The position numbers and the translations under genes are program-made. From contig JBCCWR010000001.1 of the NCBI GenBank assembly GCA_039193385.1, positions 7,755-71,754 on the forward strand: DNA of 64,000 nucleotides, read 5' to 3'. Shown here piece after piece: positions 44,352 through 55,447 of this stretch. The notes beneath the pieces were generated by a model. The model was not told where the DNA came from. It was given only the letters and a program-made list of their open reading frames with translations, and ran no database searches. Numbering within the stretch: the first letter of the stretch is position 1; every line of letters starts with the position of its first letter. Origin of the DNA: Verrucomicrobiota bacterium. Lineage in GTDB: Bacteria; Verrucomicrobiota; Verrucomicrobiia; Methylacidiphilales; JBCCWR01.

Positions 44352-44383
44352 AAGCGGGAAACAATGCCTGAGACATAACGATT

Positions 44384-44435
44384 CTCAAGCTTTTACACGT
44401 CTGATTTGCTCTCTATTGCTTAATGCGGGTTAAAA
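44384..44435 (+). repeat. dispersed intergenic repeat, long copy
   Basis: CTCAAGCTTTTACACGTCTGATTTGCTCTCTATTGCTTAATGCGGGTTAAAA ends 1-2 nt from the argA stop codon, which is on the opposite strand. Confidence 0.5.
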
Positions 44436-44436
44436 A

Positions 44437-45726
44437 TTACTTCAGCATCTTGACCAGAACTTTGGAATTCCTGCCGCTTACTTCATAACGTTCACGCCGG
44501 CTTGAAGGAAGCATTTCATAAGAGGCTTCTTCATAGCCGCCTTTTTTCTTCAGATAGTTATAGGCTTGAGTCGACAAGCCAAAGAGTTTGGTAACCCCCA
44601 GTTCTCGGGCTTTTTTTTCGGCGAAGGCTAAAAGTTTACTGCCGATGCCTTGATTTTCATGCGCATGTGAAACAACAAGGCTGCCCATTTCTGCACACTC
44701 TGGAGCGTCCTGGAAAACGTGTAGCATGACACAGCCCACAATGTTGCGGTCTATTTCAAACAAGTACCAATCTTGATAATAATTTTCTAATTCACTCCGT
44801 CCCCGTGGTAGAAGCTCCTGCCAGTGCACAGGATCTTTTACCAGGCGTAAGATGGCTCCAATATCGCGTTTTTGGGCACGCCGAATGGCCTCATACTGAT
44901 TGGCATAGATCATGGTACCTATGCCTTCATTAGAAAAAATTTCATCAAGCAAGGAATCTGGTTTGGTGCCGTCGATAATATGTGCGCGGTTAACGCCATT
45001 TCTACAGGCGCGAACGCCATGTTCCAATTTGGAGAATAAGTCCTCTGATATCTCCCTTTTATTATTTTCATCGGCTAGGTACTGCTGAATCTCCTCGACG
45101 GAGAATTGTGCGGAGAGCTTCCCGGCATCTTCTACTCCGTTATGATTGGTCACATACATGAGTTTTGCCCCACGCAGGGCTTCAGCAACCTCAAGGGCAA
45201 CCCCATCCGAATTGACACGGTAGGTATTACCCTCGCCATCGTAACCCAATGGAGGCACAAGGGGCAGTATGCCATTATCCAGCAGCGTCTTTAAAAACTC
45301 CGCATCCACCTTTTCAACACGGCCTGTGTTCAAAAGATCCTGGCCGTCTTTGATGCCAAAGGGGTGAGCTACGACTGCATTTGTTAGTGCAGCCCGCTGG
45401 TTTACCTCGGAAAGCTGTTGTAGAATTTTATTGCCCACGACGTGAGCTGCTCTTATGGAAATATTGAGTGTATTATCATCCGTTATACCCATGCCATCTG
45501 CATTAGAAATGACCATGTCACTTTCACTGCTAATCGACTGAACCTGACTGGTGATGCCGTAAATAAGTACAATTTTAAAATTAAGGCTGCGCAAAACAGT
45601 TATATCCAATAGTAAATTTCTAAACTGATCATCAGCTACAACATCACTATCAATACTCAGAACAAAAGTTTTCTCACGAAAGCGTGTGATATAACTTAAG
45701 ACGCCTCTTAAATCCGATGGTTGCAT
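44437..45726 (-). CDS. argA: amino-acid N-acetyltransferase (N-acetylglutamate synthase)
   Basis: 429 aa. An amino-acid-kinase-fold N-domain is followed by a GNAT C-domain (VSHAHENQGIGSKLL). Confidence 0.85.
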   Translation of the reverse strand: MQPSDLRGVLSYITRFREKTFVLSIDSDVVADDQFRNLLLDITVLRSLNFKIVLIYGITSQVQSISSESDMVISNADGMGITDDNTLNISIRAAHVVGNKILQQLSEVNQRAALTNAVVAHPFGIKDGQDLLNTGRVEKVDAEFLKTLLDNGILPLVPPLGYDGEGNTYRVNSDGVALEVAEALRGAKLMYVTNHNGVEDAGKLSAQFSVEEIQQYLADENNKREISEDLFSKLEHGVRACRNGVNRAHIIDGTKPDSLLDEIFSNEGIGTMIYANQYEAIRRAQKRDIGAILRLVKDPVHWQELLPRGRSELENYYQDWYLFEIDRNIVGCVMLHVFQDAPECAEMGSLVVSHAHENQGIGSKLLAFAEKKARELGVTKLFGLSTQAYNYLKKKGGYEEASYEMLPSSRRERYEVSGRNSKVLVKMLK

Positions 45727-45800
45727 GCTGTTATCCTAGAAGCAAAGCTTCTCCGCTTCCAATGATATTCTTTACGAATGAAATATGAGGGTGAACGAGA

Positions 45801-47234
45801 TTAGGCCATGACCATAGCAGTCTTCTTTTGTGGCTTACGACGTTGTCTGATGATATCAAATGCAGCCAGGCGGTATGCTTCAGTTAAAGTGGGAAAATTA
45901 AAAATATTATCAATAAATTCATCAATGGGCATATCTGCAAGCAATGCTAATTGAGCAAGATGGATCAAGTCTGCCGAGCCTTCTCCAAGAATTTGTGCTC
46001 CCAAAAGTTTCTTGCCGGAGGCATCTGAAATAAGTTCTAGAAAACCGTTTTCGATAGCAGCTATCTGTCCGCGAGCCACTTCTTCAAAGTTTGCTCGTCC
46101 CACAATGATATCGCCATACTTTGCTTTGGCTTGTTCCTGGTTCAGACCCACACATGAAATCTCCGGGATTGAATAGATGCCGGAAGGAATGATATCCCTC
46201 TTGGTGCCATACTCTAAATCCAGAGCATAACTTATAGCTTTACGGCCCTGTTCCATAGCGGCTGAGGCGAGTGATGGTGGCCCAATGACATCACCCACAG
46301 CATAGATGTGAGATACTTTTGTCTGGCAATGTTCATTAACAGGAATGATCCCACGGTCTGTTGTTTCCAGACCAGCTGCTTCGATTTTGAGCCCTTCTAA
46401 CCTGGCAACACGGCCCAAAGCAAAAAGGCATTTATCTGTAATAATCTCTTCATCATTTTCCATCGTTACGATGACTTTTGATACGCCGTCATATCGAGCT
46501 GTTTTGATGTCGCGTTGAGGCAGGTAGATGCCGCCATTATCCTTTAAAGTTTCGATGAAACGATCTGTTACTTCTTTATCCAGGAAAGGCAGAGGACGTT
46601 CTCCTTTGTCAATGATGGTTACTTGCACTCCCAACGCGGCGAAAACGCTGGCATACTCACAGGCGATAACGCCTGCTCCGAGAACGGATAATGATTCTGG
46701 CAAATAAATCATGGAAAGCAGAGAGTCGCTATCGAGAATATGCTGGTGATCCACTTTCATATTCGTGGGAGTACGTGGACTGGAACCTACCGCTATAACA
46801 ATGATATCTCCCGTAACACGAAATTTGCTGCGGTCCACACGGAGAATTTCTAATTCATGGTCGCTTACAAAACTCACACGTCCATGTTTGATGGTGACTC
46901 CCTCGCGCTCAAGCTGACGGCTCATATAGTGCACATGGCCTTGGACTACCTGGTCAAGGCGCTTGATAAGACTGGCCATCTGTAGGTCACGGCCAGACTT
47001 TACTTCAAATACGCCTGCGCTTCGTTTTTGAAAATTTTTCAGTGATATCGCAGTTTCACGTAATGTCTTACTTGGAATAGTACCACGATGTACGCAACTT
47101 CCGCCTACTTTAAGGTCTCGCTCTATGACAAGTGCCTTCTTACCCACTTTCACAGCTTCGATAGCTGCCTTTTGTCCGGAAGGTCCGCTACCGATAACCA
47201 CGACATCATAATGTTCTGTGCTCGCATCACTCAT
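45801..47234 (-). CDS. sthA: soluble pyridine nucleotide transhydrogenase (SthA-type flavoprotein)
   Basis: YDVVVIGSGPSG, and GGSCVHRGTIPSK. The single Cys, with Thr replacing the second redox Cys of Lpd, is the SthA pattern. Confidence 0.8.
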   Translation of the reverse strand: MSDASTEHYDVVVIGSGPSGQKAAIEAVKVGKKALVIERDLKVGGSCVHRGTIPSKTLRETAISLKNFQKRSAGVFEVKSGRDLQMASLIKRLDQVVQGHVHYMSRQLEREGVTIKHGRVSFVSDHELEILRVDRSKFRVTGDIIVIAVGSSPRTPTNMKVDHQHILDSDSLLSMIYLPESLSVLGAGVIACEYASVFAALGVQVTIIDKGERPLPFLDKEVTDRFIETLKDNGGIYLPQRDIKTARYDGVSKVIVTMENDEEIITDKCLFALGRVARLEGLKIEAAGLETTDRGIIPVNEHCQTKVSHIYAVGDVIGPPSLASAAMEQGRKAISYALDLEYGTKRDIIPSGIYSIPEISCVGLNQEQAKAKYGDIIVGRANFEEVARGQIAAIENGFLELISDASGKKLLGAQILGEGSADLIHLAQLALLADMPIDEFIDNIFNFPTLTEAYRLAAFDIIRQRRKPQKKTAMVMA

Positions 47235-48094
47235 GATAATACGCCAACCATATCAATGATTTGATCTTTCTTGGCCAGGATGGTGTCAAGCTCATCAGGG
47301 TAAATATTGAGATGTACAAGCATAGGATGTTCCTGGATTTGCTGCTCGGTGCGTTCCTTAGGACCAACAGCAAAATGCGCTAAATCATTAGCCAGGTTGG
47401 TCAGCCTAGCTATCTCGACACATTCTTTGGCCTCATCTGGAGTATGATGGTAGCGAATGGCCTCTGCTAATCGATCAGGTAGATTCCAGCGCTCCGCTAA
47501 CATGCCTCCTACATTTGCATGGAAGTGGGAAACAACGGGTAAAACTTCTTCTATATCATATGTGGTTTGCTGCTTTTTTTCCAGATCAGCTACAAATTGC
47601 AAAAGCACGGGACAGCCGATATCATGCATTAGTCCACACAAGAAGGCTTCTTCTACATTGCGTCTTCCTTGTCGTGCTACCTCTTCTGCAAAAGCGGAAG
47701 CCGCAAGGCAATGGCGAAAAAGCTGTCGCACTTGAGTTTCATAACGCTTGACCTGGAAAACGCGTCCTTCACAGGAAATGATCAGCGTCGCTTCTTTAAC
47801 CCGTTTAAATCCTAAGCGGGAGACGGCTTGCTCCAGAGTTTTGATTTCAAAGCCTGGTGAATACATCGCCGAATTGGAAATCCGTAATAAATTTGCCGCC
47901 AGAGACTGGTCTCTGCGGATAAGATCATGGATCTCACCAGGCGTACTATCCGGGTTGGAACAGAGTTGAACAACCTTTGTTGCAACCTCAGGTAAAACAG
48001 GTAGCTCTAAGTGACCTTGATCAAGGTGATCTTGAATACTTAGATGGATAGGGGCAAGAGCAGTCATAACATAGCAAGACTTTATGCTATACAT
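47231..48094 (-). CDS. HDOD domain protein
   Basis: LPVLPEVATKVVQL..., and GLMHDIGCPVLL is HD-like. The stop overlaps the sthA start (ATGA). Confidence 0.8.
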   Translation of the reverse strand: MYSIKSCYVMTALAPIHLSIQDHLDQGHLELPVLPEVATKVVQLCSNPDSTPGEIHDLIRRDQSLAANLLRISNSAMYSPGFEIKTLEQAVSRLGFKRVKEATLIISCEGRVFQVKRYETQVRQLFRHCLAASAFAEEVARQGRRNVEEAFLCGLMHDIGCPVLLQFVADLEKKQQTTYDIEEVLPVVSHFHANVGGMLAERWNLPDRLAEAIRYHHTPDEAKECVEIARLTNLANDLAHFAVGPKERTEQQIQEHPMLVHLNIYPDELDTILAKKDQIIDMVGVLS

Positions 48095-48154
48095 CGACCT
48101 CTTGAGGCTCAGTATTTACTAAAAAGCCTGAAAAAACTAGAATGCCGCAGTTTG

Positions 48155-48715
48155 TTAGATTTTAAGCAGGTCAGCTTCCTTGGCGGAACATAGTTCATCA
48201 ATTTGCTTAATAAACCTATCGGTTAGATCTTGTGTATCCTTTTCAGCAACTTTGAGATCGTCTTCGGTGATGTTTGATTCCTTTTGCTCTTTTTTGAGCT
48301 GATCCATGGCCTCGCGACGTGAGTGACGAATAGCGATCTTTCCATCTTCAGTCATTTTCTTAACAACTTTTATTAAATCTCGGCGGCGCTCTTCTGAAAG
48401 TTCAGGAATAGGTAGACGAATAATTTTACCGTCAACCAGAGGTGTGATACCTAAGTTTGCCTCTTCAATCGCTTTGCGTATAGGGTCGACATTAGCAGTA
48501 TCCCAAGGCTGAATCATGATTAATCGAGGTTCCGGAGTTGTGATGCCCGCCATTTCGCGCAGTTTCATGGATGTGCCATAAGCATCTACTTTGAGGCCGT
48601 CAACGAGTGCAGGGCTTGCCTTACCTGTGCGGACGCCATTGAAGTCTTCGCGCACCTTGGTTAGCGTCTTTTCCATTTTTTCTTCAGCGTTTAAAAGAAT
48701 TTCGTCAATTTCCAT
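48155..48715 (-). CDS. frr: ribosome recycling factor
   Basis: 186 aa. RTGKASPALVDGLKVDAYG and LSEERRRDLIK. Confidence 0.93.
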   Translation of the reverse strand: MEIDEILLNAEEKMEKTLTKVREDFNGVRTGKASPALVDGLKVDAYGTSMKLREMAGITTPEPRLIMIQPWDTANVDPIRKAIEEANLGITPLVDGKIIRLPIPELSEERRRDLIKVVKKMTEDGKIAIRHSRREAMDQLKKEQKESNITEDDLKVAEKDTQDLTDRFIKQIDELCSAKEADLLKI

Positions 48716-48719
48716 ACTA

Positions 48720-49478
48720 TTATTTCTGTTTACTTGAAACGAGTGTGCCTACTTTGCGACCTAAAGCAACCGCTTTCAAATTTCCTTTCTTGAAAACATC
48801 AAAAACGATGATGGGCATGTTGTTATCCATACATAGGCTAAAAGCTGTTGAGTCCATGACCTTGAGCTGGCGGCGTAGCGCATCGATGTAGGATATTTCC
48901 TTAAAACGCTTGGCCTCGGGGTTTTTCTCCGGATCGCTATCATAAATGCCGTCGACTTTAGTGGCCTTCAACACAATATCCGCATTGATCTCGCTGGCCC
49001 TGAGTGCTGCTGTTGTATCCGTTGAAAAGAATGGGTTGCCTGTTCCCCCGACAAAGATAACCACACGTTTCTTTTCCAAGTGACGCATAGCACGGCGTCG
49101 AATGAAGGGTTCGGCGACGTTCTTCATCTCGATAGCGGTTTGTACACGCGTAGGGACACCTTGTTGTTCAAGTGCTTCCTGTAAGCGCAACCCATTGATC
49201 ACGGTGGCTAACATGCCCATATAGTCTGCGGTTGTGCGATCCATTCCCGCGTGAGAAGCTGTCGCACCACGCCAGATGTTGCCTCCGCCAATGGTCATAG
49301 CCACCTGTACACCTAGTTTCCAGACGTCTTTGATCTGCTCGGCTATCTTGGCGGTTTTTGCGGATGAGATATGCTCATATTCATCGGCGAGGACCTCACC
49401 GCTGAGTTTAATAATGATACGTTTGTAAGTCGGTTTTGTTTTGGCTGTCTTTGCGGCCTTTTTTGAAATGGTTGCCAT
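48720..49478 (-). CDS. pyrH: UMP kinase
   Basis: From Met14 of the track ORF it reads MATISKK...[13 protein letters not shown] and GGGNIWRG. Confidence 0.9.
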   Translation of the reverse strand: MATISKKAAKTAKTKPTYKRIIIKLSGEVLADEYEHISSAKTAKIAEQIKDVWKLGVQVAMTIGGGNIWRGATASHAGMDRTTADYMGMLATVINGLRLQEALEQQGVPTRVQTAIEMKNVAEPFIRRRAMRHLEKKRVVIFVGGTGNPFFSTDTTAALRASEINADIVLKATKVDGIYDSDPEKNPEAKRFKEISYIDALRRQLKVMDSTAFSLCMDNNMPIIVFDVFKKGNLKAVALGRKVGTLVSSKQK

Positions 49479-49566
49479 TAAACGGACACTATTCAGACAA
49501 GTGCCTGCTACCGTCAACTCTAAACTGGAAAATGAGCGGAGAAATGAGATTTTTACACCGAAGCCT

Positions 49567-51264
49567 TTAGAAGAAACTATCTTCTAGTTCTTTTTGTGAT
49601 TCTCGTGAACGCGGCGTTGTTTCTGTTGTTTCTATATCGCTAATGGTCGCTTCCGGCGTTTCCATTTGGCCTAAAGTATCCATGACACTGCGGATTTGTG
49701 CCTCTTCTTCCTCTTCTGTTTTGACAGCATCCGCGCCAAAGACCAGCTTGAGCTCCCTGAGCATCAAAGCATGAAGATTATGGGCTTCATTTGATAAATA
49801 ATCAGAAAAATGTGAGAGTTGATTTGCGTGTGATACTGAATCTTGGGCGGATTTTTCAATTTCCAGCACAGAGTTGCGAATATCATTCATACCAACGGTT
49901 TGTTCATCTGTAGCTGTGGTGATCTCATCAAATCCTTTATCTACACCGCCCACTTTTTCAACGATGGTGGTAAAGTTGGAATGGATGTTGGAGGATTGAT
50001 CATTAATGATCTTCAATGTGTTAACCACTTTGTCAGAAACGCTGACAGCATCTTTACTTTTTTCAATCGAACTGCTGATCAATTTATTTGTTTCCTGGGC
50101 AGCTTTGGCACTACGTAGTGCCAGAGCACGCACTTCGTTGGCAACTACAGCAAATCCAGCCCCTGCTTCTCCGGCTCGTGCGGCTTCAACGGCGGCGTTC
50201 AGGGCCAGGATGTTTGTCTGGAAAGCGATTTCGTCAATAGTTTTAATGACCTTGGATACTTCGTCATTGGCATCCTTGATATTTTGCATGGTGGAAGTGA
50301 GTTCACCGGTAGCTGAGTTCGCCTGTTGAACACATTGTTCAAGGGTGAGAATTTCCTGAAGTCCTTGTTCCGCGGAGTTACGGCAGTCACGAGTGGATTC
50401 CCTGCTGCTTTTGACATTCTCATTGTTGCTTTGAGCTACACTGCTCATCTCCTCAATAGAAGCACTTATACTTTCCACGCTGGAAGCCTGGCCGGTGGCA
50501 AATCGAGCTACCACTTTGCTGTCTCGCTGTATATCGTCTGAGATGACCCGGGTGATGGCCGAGGTAAGCTTTAATAGATTAACGTCATTGTTAAGATGGT
50601 TGATAGCGGCATTGATAATAAGGACCAGTACAGCGATACAGAGCAGCGTAGTAATCATCGATCCATATTGGAACCAGCTTACGAAGTCAGTATGTTGTTC
50701 AGATATTTTTTGCATGATTTGAACTGCCTTATTCATTTCTTTGAGCAAAGGTAAATTTTGTTTTTTTAATGCATTGAGATCGGCTTCGGCTTCGTTAATA
50801 GGTAGAGTTAAAGCATTGTCCACGTGTTTGCTAAACGTATTCCACAAGCCTTCAATTACTTGGAGCTGCTCTAGGAGTTCTCCTTTTGCAGCTGGTATAG
50901 TACGATATTTTGTATCAGCTAAATTAAGCGAAAGGGGGGCATTTCCGGAATACATAAGAGCATTTAAAGTCAGGCTGAAGATTTCCATGGTGTCGCGTAC
51001 TTGCTTGGCAGACTGCTCAGCAGCAGGGTTCTTAGCTTCCTCCAATCTGCTATAAATCATAACTTCCTTACTTATTTTCTGGGTAAGCATACGCTGACGA
51101 CCTGCTAAATTCATGATAGCTCCATCATTCTTCTGTTCCGATAGAATGGTGAAACACATAAAAAGCTGCGCCAGAGTGAGAACGGTTAATATAACGCATG
51201 GAATCGATAATTTGAGGCCCAGGCCTTGCGTATAGTTCTTTAAGTAGCTTGTAATTTGAACCAT
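49567..51264 (-). CDS. methyl-accepting chemotaxis protein with PilJ/NarX-type N-terminal sensor
   Basis: [17 protein letters not shown] (PilJ-type P-box) plus the MCP core [40 protein letters not shown]. Confidence 0.85.
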   Translation of the reverse strand: MVQITSYLKNYTQGLGLKLSIPCVILTVLTLAQLFMCFTILSEQKNDGAIMNLAGRQRMLTQKISKEVMIYSRLEEAKNPAAEQSAKQVRDTMEIFSLTLNALMYSGNAPLSLNLADTKYRTIPAAKGELLEQLQVIEGLWNTFSKHVDNALTLPINEAEADLNALKKQNLPLLKEMNKAVQIMQKISEQHTDFVSWFQYGSMITTLLCIAVLVLIINAAINHLNNDVNLLKLTSAITRVISDDIQRDSKVVARFATGQASSVESISASIEEMSSVAQSNNENVKSSRESTRDCRNSAEQGLQEILTLEQCVQQANSATGELTSTMQNIKDANDEVSKVIKTIDEIAFQTNILALNAAVEAARAGEAGAGFAVVANEVRALALRSAKAAQETNKLISSSIEKSKDAVSVSDKVVNTLKIINDQSSNIHSNFTTIVEKVGGVDKGFDEITTATDEQTVGMNDIRNSVLEIEKSAQDSVSHANQLSHFSDYLSNEAHNLHALMLRELKLVFGADAVKTEEEEEAQIRSVMDTLGQMETPEATISDIETTETTPRSRESQKELEDSFF

Positions 51265-51435
51265 AATAATCAGCTATCGACCCATGATTATTGTACTAAA
51301 GTTATTAGTTTAAGATTATTTTAATTTTTTAATTTTTGAGTTTGTATAATAACAAAACTGTAAAATTTTAAAAATGCTACATTCTATAAGCAGTATAGAT
51401 TATCACCGTAGCTTATGGGATAATACGTTAAATTC

Positions 51436-52089
51436 GTGAACCTTAAGAAGTATATCCTTATTCATTATCCTGTAGGTGATATTTTGGCGGCGCTTGCTCC
51501 AATTCCAGCCATGCTAATTGGACTTTATGTTATGAACAGTGGCTGGACAGCTCTTTTGCTTTATCACTTATTCATCATTCTGACATTGCTTCTTTTTTGG
51601 AAAAAATTTGAAGGAGCTATGTTAATAAGAGGTTGGCGTCCAATGTTGGCCTTGGGAGTTTGTGTCGTATGTGCCGTATCTGGATTCATCTTGTTTATAG
51701 CCAAAAATCTGATTATTCCAGATGTTTCATGGTATGAAACATTAATCAAATTATCGTTTTACAGAGATAATTTCGTTCTATTTATTTTTTATTTTTCAAT
51801 TGTTAACCCTGTATTAGAAGAAATTCACTGGCGCATGATTTTGCCGCGAACCAATCTATTTCAACGATTCCCTCTGGCGCTCCACTTTATTTTTGCCAGT
51901 TACCACATTTTGATTTTGGCTTTATTCCTACCCTGGTTCTTGATTCTGCCATGTGTTATCGGTCTTATGTTGGCCGCCTGGGGTTGGCGTTGGTTGGTTC
52001 AAAAAACCGGAGGACTAAGTATTCCCATACTTTCTCACGCGTGTGCAGACTTCAGTATTGCTCTGTGTGTTTATTGCTTGGTCTCATAA
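51436..52089 (+). CDS. CPBP family intramembrane glutamic endopeptidase (CAAX protease-like)
   Basis: A polytopic membrane protein with the NPVLEEIHWR motif and a distal H (ILSHACADF). GTG start. Confidence 0.7.
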   Translation: MNLKKYILIHYPVGDILAALAPIPAMLIGLYVMNSGWTALLLYHLFIILTLLLFWKKFEGAMLIRGWRPMLALGVCVVCAVSGFILFIAKNLIIPDVSWYETLIKLSFYRDNFVLFIFYFSIVNPVLEEIHWRMILPRTNLFQRFPLALHFIFASYHILILALFLPWFLILPCVIGLMLAAWGWRWLVQKTGGLSIPILSHACADFSIALCVYCLVS

Positions 52090-52189
52090 AAGCTTTGCTT
52101 GATGGTTAGGGGTGATGATGGAAGATAATTTGCATAAGCAAGGTTTTCATATTTTAATTTTCTACAGTAGCTGTACGCTTAAATAGTTT

Positions 52190-53308
52190 ATGGATAAATC
52201 TGCGCTACGCTCATGGTGTGAAGTCGATCTAAGGGCGCTTGAGCATAATGTACGTTTCATTCGTCAGAAAGTGGGACAGGCAAGTCAGATAATGGGTGTG
52301 GTGAAGGCAGATGCCTACGGCCATGGTCTAACGGAAATTTCAAAATTTCTTGGTCAAACGGACTGTCAGATCATCGGCGTAGCAAATCTCTCTGAGGCTC
52401 AGGCGGCGCAGCAGGCGTTGCCTCAATCTGCAAAAATCCCCATTATTCTTCTTAGTGCAGCACTAGAAAGTGAATACGAAGCTGCTATACGGGATCGAGT
52501 TATTCTGACTGTTTCTAGTCGGGAAGAGGCCGAAGCGATTAATATTGTTGCTAAGAGCTGTCAACAGAAAGCAATTGTTCATTTGAAAATCGACACTGGT
52601 ATGGGGAGATTGGGCGCATTACCGCAGGAAGTAGACGCTCTCAAAAGATTTATAAAAGAATGTTCGTATATTAAGTTAGAAGGTCTTTATTCACATTTTT
52701 CAGCAGCGGACAGTGATGTTGAATTGACGCAGCGACAGTGGAATCTCTACGAACCGCTTGCTGATACGACGTTGACACAACATATGGCCAACAGTGCGGG
52801 TTTTTTGAATCAGAAATCCAGTCATCTGGATATCGTACGGCCTGGTCTGGCGTTCTACGGTATTGCGCCGAATGCCAAACACCAGTCAAAGCTTCGGCCA
52901 GCCCTGACCTGGAAGTCTCGAGTCACCTTGTTAAAAGATTTTCCTCGCGGTCACCCCATAAGTTATGGAGCGACGTATACAACGGCTCGTCAGACACGTG
53001 TTGCTGTCGTTTCTGTCGGCTATGGGGATGGATTTTTCCGTAGCTTGTCCAACCGAGGACATGTCTTGATTAATAATGTTCGACGCCCCATTCTCGGACG
53101 AGTCACAATGGATCAAATTATGGTAGATGTTACAAATACGCCTGGTGTCGAGAGAGGTTCTGAAGTTATTCTCATTGGCTCGGGCAGCACCGCCAAAAAT
53201 ACATCCAGGATTCTTGCCAGTGAAATGGCAGAATGGGCTGGTACTATAGCCTATGAAATCTGGTGTCACATCACCCCTCGTGTGCAGAGGATTTATATTA
53301 AAAAATAA
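52190..53308 (+). CDS. alr: alanine racemase
   Basis: GVVKADAYGHG is the PLP-lysine motif. 372 aa. Confidence 0.9.
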   Translation: MDKSALRSWCEVDLRALEHNVRFIRQKVGQASQIMGVVKADAYGHGLTEISKFLGQTDCQIIGVANLSEAQAAQQALPQSAKIPIILLSAALESEYEAAIRDRVILTVSSREEAEAINIVAKSCQQKAIVHLKIDTGMGRLGALPQEVDALKRFIKECSYIKLEGLYSHFSAADSDVELTQRQWNLYEPLADTTLTQHMANSAGFLNQKSSHLDIVRPGLAFYGIAPNAKHQSKLRPALTWKSRVTLLKDFPRGHPISYGATYTTARQTRVAVVSVGYGDGFFRSLSNRGHVLINNVRRPILGRVTMDQIMVDVTNTPGVERGSEVILIGSGSTAKNTSRILASEMAEWAGTIAYEIWCHITPRVQRIYIKK

Positions 53309-53321
53309 GGAATACATTAGA

Positions 53322-53768
53322 ATGATTCAATACGCTCTACTCAGATGGATTTTTCTCTCACTGGCGGTTTTTCTGTCTTCTATGATTGTGCCCGGGATCG
53401 AAGGGGATGCGCGTGGCATCCTAATAGCTGCCTTAACGTTGGGTATATTAAATGCCTTCATCAAACCGATTATTACGATTATTTCTCTACCCTTCATTAT
53501 TCTCACACTTGGTCTTTTCATTCTTATCATTAATGCCTTGCTCTTAATGTTGACCGGGTTTCTCGTTCCCGGTTTTCAAATTGCCGGTTTTTGGTCTGCT
53601 CTGGGAGGTAGCCTTATAATAAGCCTTGTAGGGATGTTCTTTGGTGTTGATAAAAAAACTCAGGACGTGAAAAAGAAAACGGTCAAAAAATCTTTTCATG
53701 TGCGTCAGCCTCCCCGCGAACGTCGTCCCAAGCCGCCTCCCGGTAAAGGCCCGGTTATTGATGTGTAG
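53322..53768 (+). CDS. phage holin family 4 / YvlD-like membrane protein with basic Pro-rich tail
   Basis: From the internal ATG at 53322 it reads MIQYALLRWIFLSLAVFL..., giving 3-4 TM helices in the GILNAFIKPIITIISLPFIILTLGLF pattern. Confidence 0.65.
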   Translation: MIQYALLRWIFLSLAVFLSSMIVPGIEGDARGILIAALTLGILNAFIKPIITIISLPFIILTLGLFILIINALLLMLTGFLVPGFQIAGFWSALGGSLIISLVGMFFGVDKKTQDVKKKTVKKSFHVRQPPRERRPKPPPGKGPVIDV

Positions 53769-53777
53769 ACTGAAAAA

Positions 53778-54005
53778 TTATTTCTTTTGAATTTTGATGA
53801 TGTCCACGGGGCAGCTAGCCTCGGCATCTATGAGAACGGCCTGGTCTTCATCAAAACCCAGGGCAAAGTCAAAGGCATCTCGCTCACTTTGCTTGTCGAT
53901 CAGCTTGGCCATACCTTCATCATCCAAGCGCCAGTAGTGTGGTGCTATTTCCACACACTGTGCACAACCGATGCATTCGATCGCTTTATGCCGAATTTGC
54001 AGCAT
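53778..54005 (-). CDS. small 4Fe-4S-type ferredoxin
   Basis: From the ATG at 54005 it reads [22 protein letters not shown]...EASCPVDII (CxxCxxC...CP). It overlaps the 3' end of the U32 gene by 20 nt. Confidence 0.6.
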   Translation of the reverse strand: MLQIRHKAIECIGCAQCVEIAPHYWRLDDEGMAKLIDKQSERDAFDFALGFDEDQAVLIDAEASCPVDIIKIQKK

Positions 54006-55356
54006 GAGTTTGTAGTTTCTCCGCAGACAATTCTTGTTCGTTCTGACATCCGCAAGAATCCGCCTGACATGGCATTTTTTCATCTTTTGGAGGGGTGGGG
54101 TTTTCCAGCTCCAAAGGTTCCATGAGATAGAATTGATCATTAGGTCGAACTTTCTGGTCGACCTTGATACTATAAATAGCGTTGGATCCATGAACTTCTT
54201 TCACAGCGGTTTCATCGAGTCGGATCTCCTCGACTGTCCCTTTCACAACTCCGCTGGTATGGCCAATAATGACAAACTCATCACCTAAACGAAGTCGAGT
54301 GGCTGCTCCACGAATTTCTGCCACGCCGATTTTTCCATAGTACTTGCCCACTTTGCCGACGTAGACTTTGCGGCGTGTGGCTTTTGAGCCATAGGCAGAA
54401 GACCACCCCTGTTCGCGTCCAAGATAGTAGCCGGAGGACATCCCACGGTTATAGACGGTCTCCAGTTCTTTATATAATTTTTCGACAAAGGCTTTGTCAT
54501 AACTGCCATTAGCCACAGCATCAAGCCCTCTACGATAAGCGTTAATGACCGTATAAACATACTCCGGGGAGCGACCTCTTCCTTCAATTTTTAAGACATT
54601 AATACCGGCTGCAACGACTTCATCGAGAAAATCGATCGTGGAAATATCATTGGGGGACATGATGTAGTTATTGTCCACCTTGAGTTGTTTTCCCGTTTCT
54701 GCATCAGTGACAATATATTCCTTACGACAGTTTTGCTCACAAGCACCGCGGTTGGCGGATGCATTTGATGTAAATAAAGACATGCCGCAACGTCCTGACG
54801 TGGCGATGCATAAGGCCCCATGAGCGAAGGTCTCAATTTCCATAAGTCTGCCTGACGGGCCGCGCAAATTCTCCTTCTCAATCTGCTGACTTAACTTTTT
54901 GATCATAGGAAGACTCAGTTCACGGGCCAAGACGATGCGGTCGCTGAACTGCGCATAAAACTTAAATGACTGGTAATTTGAAATAGATAACTGGGTGGAG
55001 ATATGAACTTCCAGTCCACATTCACGGGCCATTTGCACAGCAGCCATATCGGAAACAATGACCCCATCTACGCCCTGCCGTGCGGCGTCCTCAAACATTC
55101 GCCGGGCTAGAATTAAATCATGATCATACAAGATAGTATTGAGTGTAAGATACCCGCGAATGTCAGCATCGTGACAGCGTTGGATGATCTCTTGCTGATC
55201 TTCTTTTTGAAAGGAACGCCGCGCGCGCGCGCGCATGTTGAGCTGTGCCAAGCCATAATAGACGGCGTCTGCACCAGCATCTATAGCTGCTTGCAGCGAG
55301 GGGTAACAGCCTGCCGGCGCCAGGAGCTCAACGTGTTTCTTCATAAATTTAATCAA
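53986..55356 (-). CDS. peptidase U32 family protein (YegQ/YhbU-like)
   Basis: [28 protein letters not shown] and the E-x-F-x-H-G-A-L-C-like ETFAHGALC motif. 456 aa. Confidence 0.85.
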   Translation of the reverse strand: MIKFMKKHVELLAPAGCYPSLQAAIDAGADAVYYGLAQLNMRARARRSFQKEDQQEIIQRCHDADIRGYLTLNTILYDHDLILARRMFEDAARQGVDGVIVSDMAAVQMARECGLEVHISTQLSISNYQSFKFYAQFSDRIVLARELSLPMIKKLSQQIEKENLRGPSGRLMEIETFAHGALCIATSGRCGMSLFTSNASANRGACEQNCRKEYIVTDAETGKQLKVDNNYIMSPNDISTIDFLDEVVAAGINVLKIEGRGRSPEYVYTVINAYRRGLDAVANGSYDKAFVEKLYKELETVYNRGMSSGYYLGREQGWSSAYGSKATRRKVYVGKVGKYYGKIGVAEIRGAATRLRLGDEFVIIGHTSGVVKGTVEEIRLDETAVKEVHGSNAIYSIKVDQKVRPNDQFYLMEPLELENPTPPKDEKMPCQADSCGCQNEQELSAEKLQTHAANSA

Positions 55357-55447
55357 ATACTATAGCCGGATTTTCACCAAAGCAAAAGGTAAAGAAACGC
55401 TACACCCTCTCAATTATCTGGGCAGTGTGGGTAAATAAGATAGGGTC

